Below, piece by piece: positions 39,801-53,481 of a DNA stretch of 64,000 bases. The notes below the pieces were generated by a model. It made no database searches, was not told where the DNA came from, and saw nothing but the letters and a program-made list of their open reading frames with translations. Source of the stretch: Geosiphon pyriformis uo1 (lineage: Eukaryota; Fungi; Glomeromycota); the NCBI GenBank assembly GCA_016748015.1, contig JAAOMT010000379.1, forward strand, positions 106,574-170,573, given 5' to 3'. The number at the start of each line of letters is the position of its first letter. Within the stretch, counting starts at the first letter, position 1. The translations under genes and the position numbers were made by a program.

Positions 39801-41129
39801 AAAACTTACTTATAAAAACTATTTTTTTGCTTATAAAAGATATAATATTATTTAATTTACACTATAGTTCTTATACTTATGATTAATAAATGTCTTAGTA
39901 GTTAAAAAATAACAATATTACTTTTTTATTTATATTATACTAACTCTATTTATGTATTAGCAATATATTTAATTAATGTCAATTTATTATAACAGTTGTT
40001 TAAAATGAAAAAAATCTATTATAATCAGAATTTATTTGTATTAATAGAAGTAAAACTAGTAAAATTTTTCCAATTTTATCTTAAGCAATTAATAATATAA
40101 ATTATAATATTTTTGGAAAAAAAACAGCATACTTTAAATCAACTATTCTTGGTTTCAATAATAACAATATTTTCAAAAAGTTATTAATTAAAATCATATT
40201 CAAACCTATTTTTCTTAAGATTAGAAAAAATATAATAATTGTATTAATAATTGGAATTTCTGAAACTAATGACTTTATTTTATCTGTATTAACAAAAAAA
40301 AGTCAAAAACTCTAACACTATAACAAATAAATAGTAATACATTTATTTTTAATTTTTACAAAGAAAAAAATATATTGTAGTATTATAAAAATCAATTAGC
40401 TAATAGTATTTGAAACAAAGTTAGCATTATAATACATATAGATAATACAATACTATTTGGTTATATGTATTTATTGGTTTAATACATAATATTAAATAGT
40501 CAGATGTTTCCAGATTTTATTTGTACTTTAAATAAATAGACCAATTCTTATAAAATAGAATACATATTTAAACAACAAATTAGAAGACACAAAATAGCAA
40601 CAAATTTATTAGTCAATTGACAAAATATGTTTATTACTTAGATAAGTTAAAACAATTCAATAATAGAATTTTATTATGCATTTGTCATAATATATTTATA
40701 CATATATAAAATAAATAAATAAAAATTTTATAATTGAAAAACAATATTAAAAGCATGTAAATACACTAATATAATATTATATTCTAAAAATAACAATAAA
40801 AAAAAGTTTTGAAGTCAGTCAAAAAATAATTGTATAAATAAACTAATTACTTTGATCTAAAGATTATACATATGCATATATTATAGATTATATACTAGAA
40901 TCTATTGTTAAAGATATAAAAATATGTAAGTATATATATAATTTTTTAATTAATATATAAATATTAAATAAATATAAAATTTAGAACAAAATACATTTGC
41001 AGTTATAGAATCTGTTATTAATATTGACTATTCTTGGAATGAAAAATAAATATTATGTGAAAATACAGTATTTAGTAATTAAAATAAAGACAAACAAATA
41101 TTGAATGCAGTTAAATAAATGCTTAAATA

Positions 41130-41330
41130 AATGTTTTTGCTTGGAAATATACATATTAAAAATCAGATGACAGCTAAAAAAATATATAATAAGTTAAAAA
41201 AATTTGCAGATAATAGTAAATTAGAACCAAATAAAGTACCAAAAATTTCAAAAATTCAAGGGTAAATATTATAATATAATAAATCATTTTTAACACAGAC
41301 AACAAGAATAATATTGCAGTTTAATTAAAG
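41130..41330 (+). pseudogene. Decayed coding relic, probably the C-terminus of a repetitive/transposon-derived protein family
   Basis: FLLGNIHIKNQMTAKKIYNKLKKFADNSKLEPNKVPKISKIQG*I resembles, from recall, a helical motif in repetitive Glomeromycota proteins; the surrounding DNA is too AT-eroded to delimit. Confidence 0.3.
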
Positions 41331-44300
41331 TAAAAGCTCTTTAATAGTAGTTGGAATCAAAAATAAGCAATGTAAAAGTGAATTAAAGTAATAAGTTAAG
41401 TTTTTTGCATGTTTTTAGACTTGAAAAAGTTAACTTTATAGTAAAAAGCAATAAATTTACTTTTAAATTGTAAGTTTAATTCTTATATTTGGAACTACAA
41501 ATGTTATTTTATGTCAAATAAAGCTTTTGTTAGAAAAGTAGTTATATTCTAAATTTTATAAAAGTAGTTATCTAAGATTTTAGGTTGTCAAATAGTGTGA
41601 TTTTTATTTGCATATGGCTAGTTATGTAACCAAGTTGTTTTTGAGTATAACAAAACTGTTTTGGTTTTGTATATTATTGATCTGTGTTATGCAATATTAA
41701 TAGATTGATTATTATTCCCAAGTAAATTACCAATTAATTTTCTAGAATAGTACTATTAATATTTTGTTGAAAATATTTTCCAATTGTAATTTAGGTTAAA
41801 AATTTTCATATTTTGATAAATTAAATTTCAGCTTTCAAAGTAATCTGCTTTGAATATACTAATTAGGATAAAGAAGATATAATCTTGGCACCAATTAGAT
41901 ATAACCTAAATTTAGTTTTCATTTAAATTGAAAAACAGCAGTTAGATTTATTATAATTAACACAAATTGTATGATTTTTTTTTAGTGAAATGGTAATCTG
42001 TTTTTCTATTTAGAATATTGAAATCTGAAGTCTTTTTTGTCTTGTCTGAAAATCATTAGTTAATTTTATCTCTTGACTAACTTGAAAATTATTTTCTCGT
42101 TATACAAGAAAGTATGACCACTTTTCTAAACAATAATTATTCAATTAACAAAAAGCATTCTTAATTTCAAAAAGCAGCAATTTTTAGAAATTTATTTTTA
42201 GATCATTGTTATATTTATAAATAGCCAATTTACAAGATAGAGACAACGCATTTAAATGTATAAAAAAGAATTATTTTGTTATTAGAAAGAAAAAAGCATT
42301 TGAATTTTTCTCAATAATAGAAATAATATTGTCAAATCTCTTAAAAAGCTTAAATAATAGAGTTTTAACAACTCAAAATAATTTGGAAACACTTGATTCA
42401 TGAAATAGTAAAATTTGTAAAAATAAATTCTGAGATTTTTACAAATTTCCTTGGATTTTATCTGTTCTTTTTTATTTCGGTTTCTTTTGCCACTTGAAGG
42501 CTTGTAAATTTGAAGCTTTTAATTTATCACTGATAATTCTAAAAATTTAGAGTATGTTATTTGATCATTAAAACTTAATAATTTATAGAAATCAAATACC
42601 AAAACCATTTGATCTTAATAATTCATTCCATGTTAATTATCTTCAATTTTTCTTTGAGTGGATAATCTTTTTCAAAAAATACAAAATATTAAAGAGACAT
42701 CTGACAAAGGTTTACTTTTTCTCTAATCTCTCTTATAACCATTGTTTGGAAAAAAATTTTACTTAAGATTTATGCATTAGCAATTCTAATAATATTGGAA
42801 CGGTGCATAAAAAAAATGTGTTGCTTTTACACTTTTATTTTTGAGATTCAAAAAACTTTTGCTAGCGTTTAAATAATTTTACCTTGAGTATGCAATGTTG
42901 ATTTACAAAAACATAGATTTCTTTTTTTTTGGGTTTTTAATGAAAAGAGCAATTAAATTTTATTTTAAATATTATTCAGAAACTTGTAATCATCATTAAA
43001 GATAATAAAAGCTAATTAACCAATGTGTTTATTTTTATTTTTTTTTCAACTTTATTATTAAAATTATTAAAATTATTGTATTTTTTTTTAAAGAAACAAT
43101 TTAACATTGGTATTTTACTAGAATTAATTATTTTCTATATTGTATAATAAGCTTAAAAAGTTTATAATACAAAAAAATTTTGATTTTTTTTTAAATATTT
43201 GTTGTTAAAAATTATTTTATAAATCTTTCTATAAAAATTGAGCATTGATCAAGTTAAAAATGAATTTATCTTTTTTTTTTAATTGTTTTAAAAGTGTTTA
43301 GCAATAATATTAATAGATTATTGACTGTCCAAAATTAATTTAATAAAATAGCTAAACTACTTGAGTTTTACAGATTAAAAAAATAACTTATTTGTCTGTT
43401 AAAACAATTTGGGAAAGATGTTAATTTGTTTTTGGATTTTTTGGAATTAAAGAAAAGTTTATCGGTTACTTTTATGCTTATCCATCCGTTATTATTTAGC
43501 GCTTAATTCCTGAGGGTATGAAATTTGATCCGAGAAAATTCTTTTTAGAATAGTTTAATTCATATTTAGAAATCAAAGCTTTTTATCATCTTTTCCATCA
43601 ATGGGTTACCGAAAATCTAAAAGCAGCAAATCAATGATAAAAATATCCTTCGTTGTGAAGTTCATAGTTTGTAGCTATCTCATTAGGTATTATACCTAAA
43701 ACTTTTAATTCTCCATCTTGTTGAGATTTTAACCTAAAATAAGCAAATCATATCATTTATAAGAAGTCAATATTGATTCATGCTGGACAGGTTATTAATC
43801 AAGTTTTTCGGAACTCAGAATGGCTGTTGCGAGACTAGATCGTCGAGATATTGAGTCAATAAAGGCTAGCAGAGCAAACAAAGAACATGTAGATCGTCAT
43901 CCAGGCAGCCCATAGTTGCTATCATGGAAGTTGAGCTTATCCTCAATTAGGGAAAAACCCCATATTGCTTATACTCACCGTTAAGTAATCGTTCTGCAAG
44001 GGTCTTTTTAATATTAAAAGTTTCTTTGGTTAGTCAAGTTGGTGCTAGGATGCTCCGTTATCGTGGTAGTTGTTGATGGGTATTTTCATTGTTTAGTTTT
44101 CTAAATAGAATGATGCGCAAATTAAACAATGCTGAAAGAGACATAAGAATGACAATAATTAAATGAATTAATTTCATTTTAAAAGTATGAGAATTTGAAT
44201 GGTTTGCCTAAACCTTAATCATAATTAAACAATTTTGTTAAGTTTGGAATCCACATCGTTTAGACTTAATTTTAAAATAGGCTTTATTTTTTGTACCTCT

Positions 44301-44370
44301 GTTTGTTCAAACTTAAACAATTTTTGAAAAAGATAACTTTCTTTAATTATTCAAGCTTAAAAATTTTATA

Positions 44371-44439
44371 CCGTAAAGTCTTTAGAATTCGGTTCAAAGT
44401 TAATAATGTAAGGGGTTGCTTATTTTTGGGACTTTACGG
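44371..44439. mobile_element. 69-bp TA-flanked TIR remnant (mini-MITE)
   Basis: TA|ccgtaaagtc ... gactttacgg|TA; 14-bp perfect inverted match including the flanking tata. Confidence 0.5.
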
Positions 44440-46293
44440 TATATTACATAATTTCTATATGTAATTCAGGGAGAAAAAATTAGTTTGTAATTCGTATTTG
44501 ACTTAATTAGTCGCTCAATCCTTTGGTCAAAAGAAATGTACCAAACAATGACAAACTTATAATTAAGAAAGTTCTACCTTTACGATATTAATTAGTGTTC
44601 CTTTGAAACTTGATACACAAGAAATTCTCTGGAAAAATGTATGGATTTTATGAAATCATGCTTAGCTTCCTTTTCAAAATCTTTTCGTTTTTTCTCTTTA
44701 TTTCCCTGGCCTGCGACAGCCATCCAATTCTGAGCTGGACCAAAACTCTTTTAAATAATAAAATCTTTACATTTTTCTGATTCTTTCCCTTGATTTCATT
44801 GAATAAAATTCTCTATAAGAGGATTTGCTGTAATTCACGTTTGAATTTTTTACTTCTTGCTTTTCTCCAAACTACCCCAAATAGGTGTGCGAATCGGATG
44901 CCTGACAATTCGTATTTTTCATCCCTAACCTGCCTAGTTGTTCAAAAATGTGTTATGATTATGAAAGCTATGAGTCTATAAACACGAAGAATAAAGATAA
45001 AGGTAACTTTAGCCGAGGTAATTCATGAAAACAGAATAATCTTTAAAATTTTGTTTACAAGTAATCAATTTTTTTTAAAGAGGCTTCATCTCTATTGTAA
45101 TGAAAAAAATATACTTCTTGCCTTTATGAGATAGAATAAATAAACAATAAGAAACATCAAAATCGATTGCAAGTTCGAATTGAACCTAGAAAATCGTTCT
45201 AAACGTGTAAAAAAAAGGTAATTGGTACAATTTCGAAGGGGAGTTAATAATTATGAATCGTTTGTAAAAAATCAATTACGAAAAGAAAAATCGAATTTCT
45301 TCAGAATTGTCATATATTTTCATCAATGATCTTGCAAGATCAAATCAAAACAATTGGAGGTTGAGAAAGCATCATAGAAAATGGAGAAACAAAAAATTAA
45401 TTTTCCTAAAACTTACTCCATTCTCGTCGTCTAAGCCTAGTTGAAATAAGCAGAGGATCTTTTTGACACCAAATCGAAGCTACAGATCATTGAAGTAGTA
45501 GCTATGGGATGGAAAGCAAGTTGCTACATTAACTTTAACATTTTGAATGCTTTTATTTGAAAGAAGCATATTTTTTTTTACTAGAAAGTCATTTATTTTA
45601 TACCTGATCAGGGAAATTACAATTACTAATCAAAAGATATTGTAATATGTCATATTTAGTCATGCTGTGGGCCGAACGGTTTTTAGGCTGAGAAAATTTC
45701 AAAACTAGTGTTGTGTGGGGATGAGAAATTTATTATCTTATTTTAGTCTAGTCATAAAATTTTCATGGCAGTATCTCTAAACCTGTGAAACCGGAAGCAG
45801 TAAGGTTAATTAGATGTACAGTAGTCATCTATCAAAATTAGAGTATTTTTGTTTTTTAACTCGTTAATCACAAAGATATGCACTCAAAAATTTATTTATT
45901 TATTTATTTGTTTGTTTGTTTCCAACTCTGAATTTATAAAGGGATTCTTAAATGGTAATAAGTGGATTAATATACTCTTCGAGTAATATTCTCTTTAATT
46001 AATTAATAAATATAGAAATCTTAAAAGAAACAAATAAACGAAAATATTAAGAATTTTTTTTCTTTAATGTTGAAACACATTTATCAACCAAAGTTTTTCT
46101 TATGAGTACAAAAAGTTCTTTCCTTGGGATAATATTTTTTTTATTCCCTCATTTTTCCTAATATTATAACAAGATAGAGAAAGTGGAAACAAATAAACAA
46201 ATAAACAAACCCCATCGAGATTTTTAAAAGATCAACCTCTTTTTTTTGAAGAAAGTTCTTTTGTCAAGCAACACCGATGATAATCTAGAAAAT

Positions 46294-46790
46294 TTAGCAA
46301 TTTTTATTATTTTTCCGACCGTAACCTTTACCTTTACCTTTACCTTTACCATTACCCTTCCCATTTGACCACCCTCCTATTAATTTAAGTTCATAATAAA
46401 TAAAAGTTTAAAAGAAAATTTCGAATCCTTTTAAGATATATCAAAAAAAAATACTTTATCAAATACCTGAACGAAAACATTTAGCCTCACCACAACTACC
46501 ACATGAAGGTTCAATCACTATACATTCACAGCCAAAGGGGCAGTTTTGATATTTACACGAAGGATAAATCAAACATTGTACAGAGATTGAACATGTAGGA
46601 CCTGTTTAAAAAGGAACAGAGTTAAGAGTTAAGAGAGAGTGATAAAGTGTTGAGTTAATTTATATTATCATTTGATTGTTACGGGATGATAAACTGGATA
46701 AATTTCGAGCTTACTAGCAGAAGAAGTGGAGACAAAGATGGCAAAAATAATTGCAAATACTGATATGAGCAAGATTTGAAAGTTTTTCAT
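46294..46790 (-). CDS. Small secreted cysteine-rich protein (97 aa, 3 exons, 10 Cys, Opy2-like Cys spacing, Gly-Lys tail)
   Basis: Exons 46790-46715, 46601-46467 and 46376-46294 (294 nt), canonical GT..AG introns. MKNFQILLISVFAIIFAIFVSTSSA-SPTCSISVQCLIYPSCKYQNCPFGCECIVIEPSCGSCGEAKCFRSGGWSNGKGNGKGKGKGKGYGRKNNKNC*. TATA-like site ~90 bp upstream. Confidence 0.85.
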
Positions 46791-47053
46791 TTTAGAATAT
46801 AATTTCGTACTGTTTGAAAGAGAAATTGAGGTTTTTGGATTTTTTTCGATGACTTTTTTTCTTCTCGTTCTGATAGATTTTTATATGATTCAGAGGGGTG
46901 ATGTTGATCATTTAAAACGGACTGCGTAACAATTTTTTTTATCTATTTTTGGAATCTCTAGTTAAAACTAACTAATTGTAAATTCTAGAAAATTATTCAA
47001 AATTTATTTGCATTACTTAAGCTAACCAATAAAAGCAAGGGATTGTTCCATTT

Positions 47054-47058
47054 TAATA

Positions 47059-47133
<75 letters not shown>

Positions 47134-47140
47134 TAATAAT
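47054..47140. repeat. (AAT)n microsatellite
   Basis: Long AAT run. Confidence 0.95.
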
Positions 47141-47573
47141 ACATTTAGTATTCTAAATAACTATTGCAACAAAAAAAATTGTTGTTTTCCTAAATTGTCT
47201 TTCAAAAGAATTATGTTGTAACGACTTTAAGAACAAAGAGAAAATCAACAGAATACTTGTAAAAGATGAAATTTTCAATTAGATTTTCTAAATAAATCAA
47301 GTTTTATTCTTTTGAACCATACTGGATTTGATTATTGTGATAAAGAAATACTGAAAGAAAATAAAGAAATTTGAGGGATTGGAACAGCCCTCAAATCTTA
47401 TTAAAATTTCATTACTTTTGGTGCAAGATCTGAAGACTCGACTTTTTTCTACGGTGGGTGAGAAATCTTTGAATAATTGTGTTATATCCAAGGTCCAAAG
47501 TTCGTTAATATCTGTTACATTCTCTATTAAAAAGTTTCCCATCTCAATTTCTTCACCCTATAAGTAAAGGCAA

Positions 47574-47664
47574 GAGAAAGAAAGAAGGAAAGAAGGAAAG
47601 AATGAAAGAATGAAAGAATGAAAGAAAAAAAGAATGAAAGAAAGAATGAAAGAAAGAAAGAAAA

Positions 47665-47696
<32 letters not shown>
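47574..47696. repeat. Compound (GAAA/GAAT)n(GATA)n microsatellite
   Basis: Direct reading. Confidence 0.9.
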
Positions 47697-50600
47697 GGAA
47701 AGGAATCAAATTAGAGTTGAAAATTTTTGTCATTTAAACTGAGTTAACCTTACGTTTTATCAATTAACGTAGCAGAATAGCAACTTTAGAGGTTTAAAAT
47801 AAAATCAAGTCATGTTAATTGATTAATATTGGGGAAAATTTATTTTAAAAAAAGACGATATGATACATCAACACTCTTGGCTGTCAAATTTAACAGGACG
47901 AAATCATTCATGACTTGACAAAAAATCACGCGCAAATTTATAACCATTATAAAGGGTTCCTTTGATTATTATTATTATTATTAATATTTTAGTTTAATTT
48001 TTTTCAGAGCTGGATTACGCGTGCAATTTTTTATAATTTGAAATGTCAAGTTAAAATTTTGCATTTAAATACCTTTTATAAAAAAAACCATTAATTCTGT
48101 TTTGAAATTTAAATTTATTTGCTCTTTGTAATAATAATCAAGTTAAACTTGGCTGGCTAAACCTTGAAAAAATTTGAAATGTTAGAAAGTTCTGAAAATG
48201 CCTCCCTGAAATTCAAATGTCATTATCTTATTTGTAATTGTTTATAGTGTAAGATATGCTATGCTATTTCAAAAGATAAAAACTGTAAGTAAAGATGTGA
48301 AAAATTCTTTTTTCAATTCAAATTAACTTTATAGAACTATGTGTTAGTTAATATTTTCATTGAAATAGATTTTAAATTAAGATTTAATATTAAAATCTAC
48401 TTGATAAAGTGTTGATACATTATTATTAATATATTAAATTAATCGGATTTTAAAATATTTCTATTCTATAAAAAAAACATAATTAGAGTTAGTTGCATGG
48501 ATATCTTGAGCTCTTTTATATTTTAATAATTTTTCTATCTTAGAACCCTGTTATTCCATAAATGTGTTTAAGCTTAAAGTTTCTTTGAATAATTTATTGG
48601 GTGGAGTGGTATACCATTTTTCATTGATTGATGTTGGAAACTCATAGTAATTATAAAAAAAATTATGCTAAATCGGAATCAGAAATGATATTCTTTATTA
48701 TTTACTTTTTCAAGTTTGGCTAAAATTTAGATCATCACAATTATTTATAAAAGCATAACCTTTTTCGAAGTCAGTAATTTATTTATAAAAAAGCAGCTTT
48801 ATTTTGTATTGAGAGTAGTAACAAATAATGAGTGACAATTTGCAACTATATCCCTTTTAATCAGGTGAAAATATAATTAGTTTCCCCCCGGCTAGCTAAA
48901 TCGGATATATATAAAAATTTCTCCTTTGAAAATTAAATTTTTTATCAGATATGAAATAAACACAGAGATTTGTTGCCAAAATCATATTTAGAGACCTAAT
49001 GCAATTAAATGCAATATTTGAATGGATTCTATGGTATGGAAGTGTACAAAGAAATAAAATAAAAGGAAAAAAGTAAAGATATTGTGACCGAAAAATTTCA
49101 CAAAAGAAAAGATTCGCATGGCTGGTAATACGCTGTGTGTGTGACAAAAAAAATCAAGGATCACAATTCCACGAAGAACCATTTAATATATTGTTATAAA
49201 AAAGGGTCAAAAACCACTAATTTTATTTATATAAAATTTATTATCAATTCTTTCGCCTTACTCTCGATAATCAAATCACAATTGCAAAACATTGAATTTA
49301 CTTAATTGATTGGCAAAGAATTCCATTTTTCAACCCTACATTGCTCCAAATCATTTATATTATACAGCATTTTTGTTTTTTTACTTCACATTTAACAATT
49401 GTTCAATAGGACTTAAATGACTACAGAATAGCCAATCAATAAATTTGGATACATCTTCCACAAAAAATACTTAGCTATTTAACTTTTTTGTTTACAATTG
49501 TTATCCTTTTGAAAGCCACTAGTTCTTCCAAAATGTTTTTGGAAAATTTTAATATAAAACCTAGCATCCATTATATGCTAAAAAAAATGAAATAAGCTGG
49601 TTTTTCTCTTTATACAAAAACCGTCCCATGAAAAAGCTTGTAAGACCTTGTGATCTTGAACGAATTGGTCATTTTCTCTTGTATCAATGTTTAATTGTGT
49701 TTGGAAACAGTTGAATGCTGTTTTATTCAAAAATAAAGTTTTTTTCTAGTTATAATTAAAATTAAATTTAGTTCATTCAGCACGTTTTTGCTTTTGAGTT
49801 TGGTGAGCATTGAGGTAGTAATTAGTAGATTTTTCATATACCCAAGAGATTTTTAAATATCTGTAAATTTGTGCGATATGAAATGTCTACTCTATCTGTA
49901 TCTAGTTTAGTAGCAATCTTTCGGAGAGACAAAGACCTCCTTTCTCGATATGTGTCTCGTAATTTTCTTGCGACGACCATTATTGCTTTTCTGCTCAATT
50001 TTTCCTACTTTTTAACATTGTATCGTACAGTTGAGATAGGTAGCTTAATGATTTTGGAACAGAAATTTTCAGGCAAATATTAGCTACATTTTTTGACCGA
50101 AAAATTCATTTCTAATGTGAAATTATAAACAAAGCGTATGAACTTTTATTTGATAAAAAATGAAAAAGTTTATTTTGTCTGTTAATCGTTATGCGTTTTT
50201 TTGGTCACACACACACTGTTTATTTTAGTTTATTGGGAACATTCATAATTTTGTTACGTAAAAACTATTTTATTTTGTAATAAATACAATTTTTTTTATT
50301 TTCTTAAATGCAAATAAAAACACTTGATTTAAATAATTAAAAAATGAATTTTAATATTATGAAATTGTTTGTAACTACAAGAATAGTATTGATTAATGAA
50401 ATTTATTATAAAGTAAAGATAATTATTACAAAAGTTAGTTTTTTTAAACACATTTTTTATTTAGACTTAAGAAATTGTTATTCAATTTTGATATTTTTAA
50501 TGTTTATATTTATATTTGGAAATTAATTATATTTATTTTTAATTATCTTTTATTACTAAAATCATATCATAATTATTTGATTAATTCATTAATAATTGTT

Positions 50601-52753
50601 ATTTTTAATATCTTCTCCTTACTTTTTTTTTTTCAAGAAAAAATAAACTCAATGTAAAATAAAAAATTTTATGTTTTAATATTTTGAGTTTCAAGGGTTT
50701 GATTTGTTGCTGCGTATATATCAAATTTTGCCTCCCAATCTTGAAAAACAGTTTTGGAAATACTGATAATAAACTGTAACCTTATTGTAGAAATATCATT
50801 TTTCAAACAATTTATTGATTTTTTTACTTTTGGAGTAAGCACTAGAGCATAATCACATCACATCATAAAATTTGATCATTTAAAATATATATTTATGGTA
50901 AAATGTTTGGTGGTAAACCATTTGCATAAATTTTTAATCAAAAGAGTAGTTGCTTCAAATTTTAAAAATTCTCCTTTCGAGTTATCTAGACATATAAAGG
51001 AATTGTAAATTGAAACGCTCTAAATCAGGAAAATTATTTTAAATCAGTTAATTTATCCGCCCCATACTTTTAAGTAGAGTTTAAATGCTTTTGTTTGGTT
51101 TTTCTTTACTCCCATTCATTTTTATAGCACCAAATAAAGTTGTATTACGCACTTGTATTTTCTAGTTCTGATGCTGTTTTGAATAAAGTTTAAAATTTCT
51201 TATTTACCAATCTATTTCGATCACACATACTCAAGTTTATTTGGTGGACTCAGATTTCTCAATTTCTCCTTGTTCCCGATCCACTATGAAAGCAAAAGTC
51301 AAAGATTGTATTTTTTAAAATAATTAAGAAATAGAACGAAATAGTAAATCTTCACAACAAAAACCTTGAAAACAGATTTTTCAACAATAAATTTTACAGT
51401 GGTAATAATTATTCAAAGAGCAGTTTATATAAGTTGTCTTTTCAAACCTAATTTTTATTTATCACAATATTTTTTGTTATAATTTTGACAAAAAATAATA
51501 AAAAACAATAGATAATTTTTTTAAAGAATATTTTGTTTAAAATAACTTTAAACTTAAAATAAATTTTTGCATTTTTTATTTTTAATTATATATATAATCA
51601 TGTATTAGCCATTAATGATTATATATTTAGTTTTTATATTTTTTTAATTAGTTGTTAACTGATTATTTAATCAAGAAACTAGTGATGCTGTTGGTCTTGA
51701 TGTTTTTGGTAGATTTGTCAATTTTCTTTAAAAATTTCTTAGAAATTATTACATATTCTATCTGTCGTTTTTTTAGTCAAGGCACAAATGATCCAAGACT
51801 TGACCAATAAAAAATAAATACTAATTGTAACTTTTAAATTTCGAATGCACACTTTGATGAATGGCGAGCGAAAATATTTGTGATGGCAAGACATTATAAC
51901 CTTAGAATGATCAAAATTGAAAAGTTTTTCTAAAATCAGTTAATTATTTGGGGAAATATTGAGAAACACTTTTTAAATGAAATAGGGACCAAAAAAATTC
52001 ATAAGGCTATTTTTTTTGGGCGTGAATTTAGGGGGAGGATAAAAAATTATTATTTCCATTTCGTCATTGAATTACGTCTATTAAATTAAAAGTTTCAAAT
52101 TTTCGAATTAAGACAATTATGAATAAAAGACTATTTGCATTTCAAGCATTTGCAATGATCTCTGAAAAATTGCCTGTTTGCATATATATATCAAGATTAA
52201 ATTTTTGATTGGCTATTTCAGAAATTAACTTTAAAAAATATATATATTTTTTAAACTCCTTGTTCAAGAATACTGCCACCATTAAGAGTTGAATGAAATA
52301 AAGAAAATTCCCCAAACAAATGTATGAAAAATTAATCATGGCTTTTGAATAAAGAAATCGATGAACAGCCTTGATTCTTTTTTGCTTGTCTGACATTCAG
52401 ACAGAAGATGAATCACCAAATACTATCATAAAAATTCAAAGCCTAAATTCTTTTTCGAAGCGACCATCTGGAAATGAAGAAAATTAGATTTATAAAGGCT
52501 TTGGTTAGCGAATCTTTTCATTCTTGAAACAGTGGATGCAGATCAAAACTTCGAAAGAAAACCACTGAAAGATTTTGATGATTTCTTAGAATCCTGTAAG
52601 CTTGCAATTGGAATAATTTTTATATTCGACAGTTGGCAATGCTAGAGTGTGGCTTCCGTCGAATTGGTTCAAAATCTTGAATTCTTCCCAAAGCCTCTCG
52701 TTATGTTGCGAAAATCAGTCATAACTTCTTTACAATTTCAGTATGGAGTTTTT

Positions 52754-52764
52754 GTATAAAAGAA
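52754..52764 (+). promoter_or_regulatory. Candidate TATA box (GTATAAAAGAA) of the 52915 gene
   Basis: 161 bp upstream of the ATG; the same 11-mer lies upstream of the 63350 gene. Confidence 0.4.
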
Positions 52765-52914
52765 ACTTCTCATCCAAGGAGAAACTGTCTCATTGCAGTC
52801 AAACTATTTATTGCATTATTAAAGCTTGAGGTTTATAAAAATCTCATTTCAACGCTAAATATCTTCAGAAAACTCTACGCCTCCAACCTTATTTATATTT
52901 ATTACTTTGTCATC

Positions 52915-53481
52915 ATGATCAACCAAACAGCATTTTTAACTGGAATTATCTGGTTAACTCTCATTTCATTTGTTATTGTCCGAGCAGATGAAGAATATGA
53001 AAAAAGGTGGTTCAATGGCAACGGCAACGGTAATGGAAATGTTGGCAACTTCAATGGTAACGCTAATGGAAATAATAATTTGGGAGCTTTCAATGGTAAC
53101 GCAAATGGCAACAACAACTTCGGAAGCTTCAATGGTAACGCCAATGGTAATAATAACTGGGGAAGTTTTAACGGTAATCTAAATGGTAACTCGAATCGAG
53201 GATACTTCAATGGCAATCTAAATGGAAACAACAATTGGAAACGATCATATAATGGCAATGGTAACGGTAACGGAAACATTGGTAACTACAATGGTAATAA
53301 TAATGGAAATAATAATAGCGGAGATTTCAATGGTAACGGTAATGGGAACAATAACTTTGGAGACTTCAATGGTAACGCCAATGGTAATAATAACTGGGGA
53401 AGTTTTAACGGAAATGCCAACGGAAATGGAAACTTTGGCAATTTCAACGGCAATCTAAATGGAAACAACAATTTCCCATAA
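52915..53481 (+). CDS. Secreted Asn/Gly-rich repeat precursor with two Kex2 (KR) sites; twelve 13-aa repeats in two modules of six
   Basis: Signal peptide ending ..VRA, acidic propeptide DEEYEKR, repeat (F/Y)NGNxNGNxNxGx, internal WKR; intact intronless ORF with synonymous variation between repeats. Confidence 0.9.
   Translation: MINQTAFLTGIIWLTLISFVIVRADEEYEKRWFNGNGNGNGNVGNFNGNANGNNNLGAFNGNANGNNNFGSFNGNANGNNNWGSFNGNLNGNSNRGYFNGNLNGNNNWKRSYNGNGNGNGNIGNYNGNNNGNNNSGDFNGNGNGNNNFGDFNGNANGNNNWGSFNGNANGNGNFGNFNGNLNGNNNFP

Noticed and set aside
36900-41100. Extremely AT-rich tract as a centromere or origin
   Set aside because: No periodic structure seen; more simply explained as terminally eroded TE sequence.
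44058-44177. 39-aa minus-strand ORF with a hydrophobic start (MKLIHLIIVILMSLSALF...)
   Set aside because: Early stop and no consistent splice model; could be a secreted-gene remnant but is unsupported.
44580-44930. Possible decayed HMG-box exon on the minus strand (YREFYS...KRKDFEKEAK)
   Set aside because: Stops in all frames and no convincing conserved aromatic pattern; needs an HMM search.
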